This document shows positions 29,119 to 38,017 of a DNA stretch of 38,223 nucleotides, piece after piece. How positions within the stretch are numbered: position 1 is the stretch's first letter; each line of letters begins with the position of its first letter. Both the position numbers and the translations under genes were made by a program. Origin of the DNA: an uncultured Erysipelotrichaceae bacterium (GTDB taxonomy: Bacteria > Bacillota_I > Bacilli_A > RF39 > UBA660). The DNA lies in contig CACZRB010000073.1 of assembly GCA_902783555.1 (NCBI GenBank), positions 1-38,223 on the forward strand. The letters are read 5' to 3'. Under the pieces are notes generated by a model. The model saw only the letters and a program-made list of their open reading frames with translations. It did no database searches and had not been told where the DNA came from.

Positions 29119-29325
29119 ATTACAAGTTCTTTTGTTTATAGCATCAACCTCCTTCTAATTTTTATAGTAAAATCAGATAAAGATTTCTGAAAGGGGCAGA
29201 CACCTAGCAACTAATATATTTCCTTATTTAATTGTACCAAATGGAGTATATATTGTAAATATATTTCTTTCTAATTGATTAACTTTTTTATTTTAAATTA
29301 ACTTATAAAAAATTTGTAAAAATAA

Positions 29326-29354
29326 TTGACTTATTCTATTAAAAAAGATACAAT
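29326..29354 (+). promoter_or_regulatory. Promoter of the T-box leader (TTGACT-17-TACAAT)
   Basis: TTGACT at 29326-29331 and TACAAT at 29349-29354. Confidence 0.65.
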
Positions 29355-29360
29355 AATTAT

Positions 29361-29568
29361 TGTAAATTACTAGAAGAAACAAAGGGTTTACTTTATTTAT
29401 TCAAGAGAAGATATGTTTGGTGCAAATATCTATAAATAGTAAATTTCGAGACAGTTCTTTAATGATGTAAACGTGTTATTCGCGATAAGAATTATAGAGC
29501 GCAAGTGAAATAAGGTGGCACCGCGGGGGAACTCGTCCTTATGTAATTTGTGCTTTTATTTATTTTAA
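29361..29568 (+). promoter_or_regulatory. T-box riboswitch leader upstream of hisS-aspS-asnS
   Basis: Stem I elements are AGAGA (29404-29408), distal loop GGTGCAA, and a specifier-loop candidate CGA-GAC-A (29447-29453). The conserved T-box sequence AATAAGGTGGCACCGCG is at about 29508-29524, followed by a helix and the T-rich tract GCTTTTATTTATTTT. Confidence 0.85.
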
Positions 29569-29583
29569 GAAAGGATTGATAAA

Positions 29584-30843
29584 ATGATTACTAAACAAAA
29601 GGGAACTTATGATATCTCAGGAGACGATGCTAAAAAAAGAGAATATGTAAATGAAATAATAAGGGGAATATGTGAAAAATATAATTATAATTATATTGAA
29701 ACTCCAGTATTTGAAGCATCAGAACTATTTCATCGTAGTGTTGGAGAAACTTCTGATGTAGTAAAAAAAGAAACTTATGATTTTCTAGATAGAGGAGAGC
29801 GTAATCTTACCTTAAGACCAGAAGGAACTGCAGGTGTTGCTAGATGGTTTATTGAAAATAAATTATATGGTAATATGACTGAACCTGTAAAAGTGTTTTA
29901 TAATGAAAAAATGTATCGTTATGAAAGACCACAGTCAGGTAGAAATAGAGAATTTACTCAATTTGGAGTAGAATTTATTGGTTCTGATGATGTAATGGCA
30001 GATGTTGACGTAATATCACTTGCATATCAAACTTATTCGCTTTTAGGACTAGATACTGTAATTAAAATTAATTCTTTAGGTGATACTGAATCTAGAGATA
30101 ATTATCGTAAGGCACTAGTTGATTATTTAGCGCCACATATAGATGAGTTATGTGAAGATTGCAAAGAAAGATTAAATAAAAATCCCCTTAGAGTATTAGA
30201 TTGTAAAATAGATGGTGATTCAGATATTATTGCATCAGCTCCTAAAACAACTCAGTATTTAAATCAGGAATCATTAGATAGATATAATAAATTAAAAGAT
30301 TACTTGGATTTATTAGAAATACCTTATGAAGAAGATGACAGATTAGTTAGGGGTTTAGATTATTATAATCATATAGTATTTGAAATCTATGCTGATATTC
30401 CCAATGTTGGACACCTAGCCCTTGGTGGTGGTGGTCGTTATAATGGACTAATCAAAAAGTTAGATGGACCAGATATGCCAGCTGTTGGTTTTGCAATGGG
30501 ATATGACCGAACAATGCTTGCTATTGAAGAAGCAGGTAACAATATTCCAATAAAAAAAGATATAGATGCTTATGTAATGTATGTATCTGATAGTGAAAAA
30601 GAAACTGCTGCTTTTATAACTCAAAACTTAAGACTAAATGGTTTTACAACTGAAACGGATTATTTAAATAAAGGATTAAAAGGTGAGTTTAAATCAGCAG
30701 ATAGATTTAATGCTAAATATTTGGTTATACTAAATGATGAAGACTTAGCAAAGAATGAAGTAAATGTTAAAGATAATGTAACTAAAGAAGAAGAAAAAGT
30801 TAATATAAATGATTTGATAGATTATTTAGATATGCACGATTAA
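29584..30843 (+). CDS. hisS: Histidine--tRNA ligase
   Basis: Class II motifs, LRPEGTA, YRYERPQ.GR.REF.Q.G.E..G, GGGRYNGL, and a C-terminal anticodon-binding domain. Confidence 0.96.
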   Translation: MITKQKGTYDISGDDAKKREYVNEIIRGICEKYNYNYIETPVFEASELFHRSVGETSDVVKKETYDFLDRGERNLTLRPEGTAGVARWFIENKLYGNMTEPVKVFYNEKMYRYERPQSGRNREFTQFGVEFIGSDDVMADVDVISLAYQTYSLLGLDTVIKINSLGDTESRDNYRKALVDYLAPHIDELCEDCKERLNKNPLRVLDCKIDGDSDIIASAPKTTQYLNQESLDRYNKLKDYLDLLEIPYEEDDRLVRGLDYYNHIVFEIYADIPNVGHLALGGGGRYNGLIKKLDGPDMPAVGFAMGYDRTMLAIEEAGNNIPIKKDIDAYVMYVSDSEKETAAFITQNLRLNGFTTETDYLNKGLKGEFKSADRFNAKYLVILNDEDLAKNEVNVKDNVTKEEEKVNINDLIDYLDMHD

Positions 30844-30852
30844 GGAGAAAAT

Positions 30853-32607
30853 ATGGAAAGAATATATAATGAAACTTTAAACTTAGATAAATTAAATGAA
30901 AAAGTAACTCTTTATGGTTGGGTTCAAAAGAAACGTAATTTAGGTGGTTTAATCTTTATTGATTTAAGAGACCGCAGTGGTATAGTACAACTAAGAGTAA
31001 AACCCGAAAATAAGAATTATGATTTAGCTGAAAGTTTAAAAAATGAATATGTTATTAAAGTTCAAGGAATAGTTGTTGAAAGAGAAAGTAAAAACCCTAA
31101 ATTAAAAACTGGTGATATTGAAATTGAAGTTAATGATTTAGAAATATTAAATACTTGTGAAGAATTACCATTTACTATAGATGATAATACTAATGCCTTA
31201 GAAGATACCAGATTAAAATACCGTTACTTAGATATTAGAAGAAATAAATTAAAAGAGAATTTATTCTTAAGAAATGAAGTATTACATTATATTCGAAATA
31301 AAATGTATGATTTAGGTTTTATTGAAGTACAAACGCCAATTTTAACTGCATCTAGCCCAGAAGGAGCTAGAGACTTTGTTGTTCCATCTCGTAACTTTAA
31401 AGGAAAGTTTTATGCTTTACCACAAGCGCCTCAAATATATAAAGAATTATTAATGGTTGGTGGCTTTGAAAAGTATTTTCAAATAGCGCCTTGTTTTAGA
31501 GATGAAGACCCAAGAGCTGATCGTACATTAGAATTTTATCAATTAGACCTTGAAATGTCATTTTGCACTGAAGAAGATGTTTTAAATATTGGCGAAGAAA
31601 TATTTTATGATACATTTAGTAAGTTTTCTGACAAACATGTCTCTCCTAGACCATTTAGAAGAATCTCTTATTTAGATGCAATTGATTTATATGGTACTGA
31701 TAAACCAGATTTAAGATATGAAATGCTTATTAATGACATAACCGATACTTTTAAAAATAGTGATTTTACAGTATTTAAAAACGTAATTGAAAGTAATGGT
31801 ATTATTAACGCTATTGTTGCTAAAGATGCTGCTAATAAGTATTCAAGGAAGGATATTGATAAGTTAACTGAAGTTGTTAAAAAACGTGGAGCATCTGGCT
31901 TAGCTTATTTAAAAATAGATGAAGAAATAACTGGAAGTATTGCTAAATATATATCTGAAGAAGAAGTAAATAATTTAAAAGAAAAATTAAATCTTCAAAA
32001 TAATGATTTAGTATTTATTGTATCAGGGCCTAAAAAAACAGTTAAAGCATCTTTAGGTGCTTTAAGAATTGAAGTTGCTACCTTTTTAGATATAATTCCA
32101 AAAGATCGTTTAGAATTATGTATTGTTAATGATTTCCCAATGTTTGAATATGATGAAGCAAATAAAAAATGGGATTTTTGCCATAATCCATTTAGCTTAC
32201 CACATGATGGAATTGACGCTTATAAAAATAAGAATTATGAAGACATTTTAGCTTATCAATATGACTTTGTATGTAATGGTAATGAGATGGCTAGTGGCGC
32301 AATTAGAAATCATGATTTAGAATCACTTGCTAAAGGATTTGAAATAGTAGGATATTCGAGAGAAGAAGTAGAAAAAAGATTTAGATCTATCTTTACAGCC
32401 TTTAAGTATGGCTGCCCACCCCATGGTGGTATGGCTCCTGGAATTGACAGAATTCTTATGCTTATTCAAGATGAGCCTAATTTAAGAGAAGTTCAAGCGT
32501 TTCCACCAAGTGCATCTGGTCAAGATTTAATGATGGGTGCTCCATCTGATTTAACACCAGTTCAATTAGAAGAATTAGGTATTATAATAAAGAAAGGAAA
32601 TGAATAA
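30853..32607 (+). CDS. aspS: Aspartate--tRNA ligase (bacterial type)
   Basis: N-terminal OB fold (GWV...R.LGGLIFIDLRDR.G), FRDED.RADR, QLDLEMSF, the bacterial insertion domain and GG.A.GIDR..ML. Confidence 0.96.
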   Translation: MERIYNETLNLDKLNEKVTLYGWVQKKRNLGGLIFIDLRDRSGIVQLRVKPENKNYDLAESLKNEYVIKVQGIVVERESKNPKLKTGDIEIEVNDLEILNTCEELPFTIDDNTNALEDTRLKYRYLDIRRNKLKENLFLRNEVLHYIRNKMYDLGFIEVQTPILTASSPEGARDFVVPSRNFKGKFYALPQAPQIYKELLMVGGFEKYFQIAPCFRDEDPRADRTLEFYQLDLEMSFCTEEDVLNIGEEIFYDTFSKFSDKHVSPRPFRRISYLDAIDLYGTDKPDLRYEMLINDITDTFKNSDFTVFKNVIESNGIINAIVAKDAANKYSRKDIDKLTEVVKKRGASGLAYLKIDEEITGSIAKYISEEEVNNLKEKLNLQNNDLVFIVSGPKKTVKASLGALRIEVATFLDIIPKDRLELCIVNDFPMFEYDEANKKWDFCHNPFSLPHDGIDAYKNKNYEDILAYQYDFVCNGNEMASGAIRNHDLESLAKGFEIVGYSREEVEKRFRSIFTAFKYGCPPHGGMAPGIDRILMLIQDEPNLREVQAFPPSASGQDLMMGAPSDLTPVQLEELGIIIKKGNE

Positions 32608-33977
32608 TGGATTTAGTAGATTTATTTAAAACTAAAAAAATAGGTGATAAGGTTGTCATCGAAGGATGGATACGTAATAATCGTAATCAAAAAGAATTTG
32701 GGTTTATTGATTTCTATGATGGAACAACTATTAATACTTTACAAGTTGTTTATACTAAAGAATTGTCTAATTTTGATGAAGTAAGTCATTACTTAGTAGG
32801 TTCTAGTATTAGAATAAGTGGAACTTTAGTAGAATCTAATGGTAAGCAAGAATATGAATTAAAGTGTGAAAATATTGAATTATTAGGAGATTGTCCAGCA
32901 GATTATCCAATTCAACCTAAAAGACATACAATGGAGTTTTTAAGAAAGGAAGCATATTTAAGACCTAGAACTAAAACATTCCAGGCTGTCTTTAAAATTA
33001 GAAGTGTAGCAGCATTTGCTATTCATGAATACTTTCAAAGTCATAACTATGTTTATGTACATACACCACTTTTAACTAATACTGACTGTGAAGGGTCTGA
33101 TCAAATGTTTAAGGTAACAACGTTTGATTTAAAAAATGTCCCTTTAAATGACCAAAAAGAAGTAGATTTTACTAAAGATTTATTTGGTAAAAATACTTAT
33201 ATTACTGGTTCAGGTCAATTACATGGAGAAGCTTTTGCAATGGCTTTTAAAAAGATTTATACTTTTGGGCCAACTTTTAGAACTGAAAACTCAAATACTA
33301 AAACTCATGCTAATGAATTCTGGATGATTGAGCCAGAAATGGCATTTATGCATTTAGAAGATTTAATGAATGTTGAAGAAGAAATGCTTAAATATGTAGT
33401 TAATTATGTATTAAAAAATGCGTCAGATGAAATAGATTTCTTAGATAAATTTGTTTCTAATGGTTTAAGAGAAAAACTAGAAAAATTAATTAGTTCTGAT
33501 TTTGTTAGAATTACTCATCATGATGCGATTGAACTTTTACTTTCATCTGGTGAAAAATGGGAATTTGCTCCTGATTATGAAGGAGATATTGCTAAAGAAC
33601 ATGAAAGATGGCTTACTGATCATTTTAATAGTCCTGTCTTTATTTATAACTGGCCAAGAGATATTAAAGCTTGGTATATGAAAGTTAATCCAGATGGTAA
33701 AACAGTAGCAGCTGTTGATTTAGAAGTTCCTGGTTCAGGGGAACTAATGGGTGGTTCTGAAAGAGAAACTGACCTTAGTATTTTAGATGAGCAAATTAAG
33801 AAACATGGTGTTCAAAAAGACCAAATAGAATGGTATTTAAATTTAAGAAGATTTGGTGGAGTTTATCATTCAGGTTTCGGTATGGGCTTCGAAAGACTTA
33901 TTATGTACTTAACTGGTATTGAAAATATTCGTGATGCGATTCCATTCCCAAGAACACCTGGTTCATGTGAATATTAA
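32607..33977 (+). CDS. asnS: Asparagine--tRNA ligase
   Basis: GW.RN.R......F....DG, FRTENSNT..H..EFWM.EPE.AF, GFG.GFERL..Y.TG..NIRD.IPFPR. TAATG overlap with the aspS stop. Confidence 0.95.
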   Translation: MDLVDLFKTKKIGDKVVIEGWIRNNRNQKEFGFIDFYDGTTINTLQVVYTKELSNFDEVSHYLVGSSIRISGTLVESNGKQEYELKCENIELLGDCPADYPIQPKRHTMEFLRKEAYLRPRTKTFQAVFKIRSVAAFAIHEYFQSHNYVYVHTPLLTNTDCEGSDQMFKVTTFDLKNVPLNDQKEVDFTKDLFGKNTYITGSGQLHGEAFAMAFKKIYTFGPTFRTENSNTKTHANEFWMIEPEMAFMHLEDLMNVEEEMLKYVVNYVLKNASDEIDFLDKFVSNGLREKLEKLISSDFVRITHHDAIELLLSSGEKWEFAPDYEGDIAKEHERWLTDHFNSPVFIYNWPRDIKAWYMKVNPDGKTVAAVDLEVPGSGELMGGSERETDLSILDEQIKKHGVQKDQIEWYLNLRRFGGVYHSGFGMGFERLIMYLTGIENIRDAIPFPRTPGSCEY

Positions 33978-33998
33978 AATAAATAAGGATAACTTATA

Positions 33999-34532
33999 AT
34001 GAATATTGTATTTTTGGATATTGATGGAGTATTAAATAGTCTAAATTATTTTATAGAAAGAGAACCCAAGGTTTTAGAATTATATCAAAATGAGAATTAT
34101 AATAAAGATACTTTTTTAAAACTAAAAAGATTAATGTTAGATATCGATATTAATAAAGTAAAAGTATTAAAAGAAATTATAGATGAAACAAAGTCATTAG
34201 TTGTAGTAATTTCTTCTTGGAAAAATATGGGGACTTTTTCTTATGTTCAAAATGAACTAATTAAAATGGGGATTCCCATAATAGGCATTACAGATGATTG
34301 TAATTCTAATCGGGGAGCGGGAATAAAAAATTATTTACAAGAAAACAATGTTCAAAAATATATTATCTTAGATGATGAAATATTTGACGACTATGATGTA
34401 GAATTATTATCACATTTAGTAAAAACATCATTTAATAAAAATGGACTTACAAATAAGCATAAATCCATAGCTATTAAGATGATGATAAACAATAATATTG
34501 GAGGTAATAAATGTTTAGTAAAGAAGAAATAA
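33999..34532 (+). CDS. HAD-superfamily-like small protein (FLDIDGVLN motif I)
   Basis: The N-terminus MNIVFLDIDGVLNS carries the DxDG nucleophile motif, VVISSW is a candidate motif II and ILDD a candidate motif IV. 177 aa. Substrate unknown. Confidence 0.6.
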   Translation: MNIVFLDIDGVLNSLNYFIEREPKVLELYQNENYNKDTFLKLKRLMLDIDINKVKVLKEIIDETKSLVVVISSWKNMGTFSYVQNELIKMGIPIIGITDDCNSNRGAGIKNYLQENNVQKYIILDDEIFDDYDVELLSHLVKTSFNKNGLTNKHKSIAIKMMINNNIGGNKCLVKKK

Positions 34533-34801
34533 TAAATTATGCTGATAAATTATTAATTGGTTTAACCGATGAAGAAGCCAATATGCTTTTAGATGAATTT
34601 GATATAATTGATAAAAATATTGATCAAATAAATGAAATAGAAGGTTTATCTGAAGTAGAGCCTGCTTTTATGCCATTTAATTTATATACAGCCACATTAA
34701 GAGAAGATAAGGTGGAAGAATCTGTAGATGTTGATGTGGCTTTATCTAATACTAAAGATAAACTAGGCCGTGAAATAAGAGTGCCAAAGGTGGTGGATTA
34801 A
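34511..34801 (+). CDS. gatC: Asp/Glu-tRNA amidotransferase subunit C
   Basis: 96 aa with a GatC-like sequence (A.LA.I.L...E.......L..IL.....L.E.D....EP). It directly precedes gatA and overlaps the HAD-like gene by 22 nt. Confidence 0.88.
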   Translation: MFSKEEIINYADKLLIGLTDEEANMLLDEFDIIDKNIDQINEIEGLSEVEPAFMPFNLYTATLREDKVEESVDVDVALSNTKDKLGREIRVPKVVD

Positions 34802-36235
34802 ATGTTTGAAGGAATAGAAGAATTACGTAAGAAATTAGATAGTGGTAAATTAAAAGTCAAAGATTTAGCCCAACAAGCGGTAGATGCTTCAAAAAAAGTA
34901 AATAGTAAATGCAATGCTTTTGTAACTATTATTGATAAACCTAAAATAAAAGAAAATAAAAAAAGTATTTTATCTGGAATTCCATATTCTGCTAAAGATT
35001 TATTTTCTACTAAAGGTATTTTAACAACTGGTTCATCTAATGCACTAAAAGATTATATACCATTTTTTGATGCTACCGTTATTTCTAGATTAAAGAAAAG
35101 TGGGGCTGTTTTAACAAGTAAAAGTGCTTGTGATGAATTTGGTTTAGGTGGTACTGGTACTACTTGTCATACAGGAATAGTTAGAAATCCTTATGATGAA
35201 AATCGTGAAGCTGGAGGTTCATCAGCTGGTTCAGCAGTAGCAGTTGCCTCTGGTGTTGTTCCATTTGCACTAGGTACTGATACCGGAGATTCTGTAAGAA
35301 AACCCGCATCATTTTGTGGAATAGTAGGATATAAGCCTACATATGGATTAATACCTAGATATGGTGTCTTACCATTTGCATCATCACTAGATCATGTTGG
35401 AGTATTTACCAGAAGTGTAAAAGATGCTGCTATTGTAGTCGATAGTATTAAAGGACCAGATAGCAAAGATATGACAGCTTTACCTAAAACAGATGATTTA
35501 ACCCCTTTATTAGATGGAAATGTAGAAGGTAAAAGATTATTCTATATTAAAGAAATATGTGATATTAGATCTTATGATAATCCATCTGATGAACTAAAAA
35601 AATCTATTAAATTATTTAATGAAATAATAGAAAAAGCTAAAAAACTTGGTATGCAAGTAATACCTGAGTCTATAGATCAAAAACTACTTAATGCTATTCA
35701 ACCAACATATCAAGTTATAAGTTGTGCTGAAGCAACTAGTAATCTTTCAATGTATACTGGTATTATTTATGGCCCAAGAGGAAATGGTTCTAATATTAAT
35801 GAAATGGTAAAAGATTATCGTGCTCATGGTTTTAGTTCTTTAATTAAAAGAAGATTAGTAATAGGTTCTTATGTTTTACAAAAAGAGAATCAAGAAAGAT
35901 ATTATTTAAATGCTTGCCGTGTACGCCAAATGATAATTGATAAATTTAATGAATTATTTACACAGTATGATGGCTTTATTACTCTTGCAAGTGGAGGAGG
36001 AGCACCACTATTTGATGGCAAAACTGAAGTATTATCTAATGAAGCTGTATTAGAAAATCATCTTGCAATTGGTAACTTTGGGGGATTTCCTTCAATTACT
36101 ATACCAGCGGGATTCATAAATAACCTACCAATAGGTATTAATATTACTGGTAAAGTACAAGATGATGTAAATGTATTAAATATAGCTTATGCTTTAGAAA
36201 AAGATATTAAATTTAAAGGAGGATTACATGAGTAA
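34802..36235 (+). CDS. gatA: Asp/Glu-tRNA amidotransferase subunit A
   Basis: Amidase signature GGSSAGSAVAVASG....ALGTDTGDSVR.PA.FCG..G.KPTYG. Confidence 0.96.
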   Translation: MFEGIEELRKKLDSGKLKVKDLAQQAVDASKKVNSKCNAFVTIIDKPKIKENKKSILSGIPYSAKDLFSTKGILTTGSSNALKDYIPFFDATVISRLKKSGAVLTSKSACDEFGLGGTGTTCHTGIVRNPYDENREAGGSSAGSAVAVASGVVPFALGTDTGDSVRKPASFCGIVGYKPTYGLIPRYGVLPFASSLDHVGVFTRSVKDAAIVVDSIKGPDSKDMTALPKTDDLTPLLDGNVEGKRLFYIKEICDIRSYDNPSDELKKSIKLFNEIIEKAKKLGMQVIPESIDQKLLNAIQPTYQVISCAEATSNLSMYTGIIYGPRGNGSNINEMVKDYRAHGFSSLIKRRLVIGSYVLQKENQERYYLNACRVRQMIIDKFNELFTQYDGFITLASGGGAPLFDGKTEVLSNEAVLENHLAIGNFGGFPSITIPAGFINNLPIGINITGKVQDDVNVLNIAYALEKDIKFKGGLHE

Positions 36236-37655
36236 ATATGAAGTTGTAATAGGATTAGAAATACATGCAGCAGTACTTTCTAATACTAAAGTATTTAGTC
36301 CAAGTAAGAATTCATATTCAGATGTTCCTAATGAAAATATTAATGAAATAGATTTATCATTTCCTGGAATTATGCCTTCTTTAAATAAAGAAGCAGTACG
36401 TAAAGCTTTAAAAATGAGTATGGTATTAGGTTGTGTGCAGCCTGATGAATTAATGTTTGATCGTAAAAACTATTATTATCCTGATTTACCTAAAGGCTTT
36501 CAAATTACACAAGTTACTAAACCTGTCGGTATAAATGGAAAAGTAGAACTATACGTTGATAATCATGATTTTACTGTTAATATTCATGATATTCATTTAG
36601 AAGAAGATACAGCTTCTATGGATCATTATGATTATTATACTCTAATTGATTATAATCGTGCAGGCACTCCTTTAGTAGAAATTGTTACTGAACCATGTAT
36701 TCATTCTGGTGAAGAAGCAGTTGCTTTCTTAGAATTTTTAGCTAATAGTTTAAGATATTGTAATGTATCAGATGCTGATATGAAAAAAGGACATTTAAGA
36801 TGTGATGTTAATATTAATTTAAAAAATGAAAATGGAGAATTTATTACTCCAAGAGTTGAAATTAAAAATGTTGGCTCAATATCTTATGTTCTAGATGCAG
36901 TAAATTATGAAGTAGCAAGACAAATTAAAGCATATGAAACTGGAATAGAAGAATTAGTTCAAGAAACAAGAAGATTTGATGAAGCAACTAAAACTACTAT
37001 TAGAATGCGTACTAAAGAAGATGCGGTTGATTATAAATATTTTGTAGAGCCAAATATTCCAAGAATTAAAATCGATAAATCTTGGTTAAAAGAAATAAGA
37101 AAAGAAATACCATCTCTTCCAAACGAAAGATTAAAAAGATATATTAAAGAATATAGTTTATCTGAAAGTGAAGCAAAAACACTTGTAAAAGACTTTGAAC
37201 TTAGTAATTATTATGAAGAATGTATAAAGATAGGTATTAATCCCAAAGTTGCTTTTAACTGGTTATCTACTAATATTATAGGTTATTTGAATAAAGAATT
37301 TATGACCATTAGAGATTTTTATATAACACCTAATTATTTAAAATTCATTGTTGATAAAATTAATAGTGGAGAGATATCATCTAAACAAGGAAAAGAACTA
37401 TTTAATTATTGTTTAGAAGAAAAAGAAGAACCAAGCATTTTAATGAAGAAACATAATTTAAAACAAATGGATAATTCTAATGAATTAGAAGGAATTATTG
37501 ATAATATTTTAAAGAATAATCTTAAATTAATAGAAGATTATCATAATGGTAAAACTAATTTGTTTGGATTCTTTATTGGTGAAGTTATGAAACAAACTAA
37601 AGGAAAGGCTAATCCAGTTATAGCTAAACAAATATTAACTGATAAGTTAAAATAA
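36228..37655 (+). CDS. gatB: Asp/Glu-tRNA amidotransferase subunit B
   Basis: YE.VIGLEIH..L...TK.F, FDRKNYYYPDLPKG.QI.Q, DYNR.G.PL.EIV.EP, CDVN.., and the C-terminal GatB/YqeY tail. Confidence 0.96.
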   Translation: MSKYEVVIGLEIHAAVLSNTKVFSPSKNSYSDVPNENINEIDLSFPGIMPSLNKEAVRKALKMSMVLGCVQPDELMFDRKNYYYPDLPKGFQITQVTKPVGINGKVELYVDNHDFTVNIHDIHLEEDTASMDHYDYYTLIDYNRAGTPLVEIVTEPCIHSGEEAVAFLEFLANSLRYCNVSDADMKKGHLRCDVNINLKNENGEFITPRVEIKNVGSISYVLDAVNYEVARQIKAYETGIEELVQETRRFDEATKTTIRMRTKEDAVDYKYFVEPNIPRIKIDKSWLKEIRKEIPSLPNERLKRYIKEYSLSESEAKTLVKDFELSNYYEECIKIGINPKVAFNWLSTNIIGYLNKEFMTIRDFYITPNYLKFIVDKINSGEISSKQGKELFNYCLEEKEEPSILMKKHNLKQMDNSNELEGIIDNILKNNLKLIEDYHNGKTNLFGFFIGEVMKQTKGKANPVIAKQILTDKLK

Positions 37656-37682
37656 TTAATATTTCAAATTTTTAAAATATGT

Positions 37683-37720
37683 AAGCAATCCTAGATAAAT
37701 AATGGGATTGCTTTTAATTT
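37683..37720 (+). terminator. Rho-independent terminator after gatB
   Basis: Stem AAGCAATCC/GGATTGCTT followed by TTAATTT. Confidence 0.75.
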
Positions 37721-37724
37721 ATTC

Positions 37725-37753
37725 TTGTTTTTGTATATCATATTATGTATAAT
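37725..37753 (+). promoter_or_regulatory. Promoter of the small hydrophobic-peptide transcript (TTGTTT-17-TATAAT)
   Basis: TTGTTT at 37725-37730 and TATAAT at 37748-37753. The predicted start, near 37760, coincides with the 5' arm of the long-range helix. Confidence 0.55.
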
Positions 37754-37843
37754 TAGATTTAGAGATGAGATATTATTTTTGGCCTTTCGGATTTTTCGCG
37801 ACTCTATAAAGGGGGGTTAATAAAATTGGAAGGAGAGATTACT

Positions 37844-37969
37844 ATGGAAATAGTAGAATTTATTTTGCTTATTTTCATATTTATTCTTTTACTGATTGTA
37901 AATAACTTATTACATTATGTTTTAATGTTATTACAGTACGTAACAAAAACACTACCTAAAAATAGGTAG
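37844..37969 (+). CDS. 41-aa hydrophobic peptide, candidate type I toxin
   Basis: MEIVEFILLIFIFILLLIVNNLLHYVLMLLQYVTKTLPKNR. Strong RBS GGAAGGAGAG lies 6-7 nt upstream and the C-terminus is basic. The ORF is below the size cutoff of the supplied ORF track. Confidence 0.55.
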   Translation: MEIVEFILLIFIFILLLIVNNLLHYVLMLLQYVTKTLPKNR

Positions 37970-38017
37970 TGACCCAAATACCGAAAGGTGATGGGATTAA
38001 TAATCTCATCTCTTTCT
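37945..38017 (-). ncRNA. Candidate cis-antisense antitoxin sRNA overlapping the 3' end of the peptide mRNA
   Basis: A minus-strand promoter TTGTAA-17-TAAAAT is present (plus-strand coordinates 38052-38047 and 38029-38024). The perfect 9-bp hairpin CACTACCTA/TAGGTAGTG (37950-37971) is followed by TTTTT on the minus strand only (37949-37945). Confidence 0.45.

Noticed and set aside
29142-29157. 16S rRNA 3'-end fragment (..AACCTCCTTCTA)
   Set aside because: Only the ~10-nt anti-SD-like core matches. The upstream sequence bears no resemblance to helix 45, so it is not an rRNA remnant.
29120-29215. preQ1-I-like riboswitch on the minus strand (hairpin plus CTATAAAAATTAGAAGGAGG tail)
   Set aside because: The conserved loop and P1 nucleotides do not fit. 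Only a 2-codon ORF follows the RBS, so there is nothing to regulate.
28935-29325. rpsT (S20), expected antisense next to holA by analogy with B. subtilis
   Set aside because: No ORF or S20-like translation is present in any minus-strand frame.
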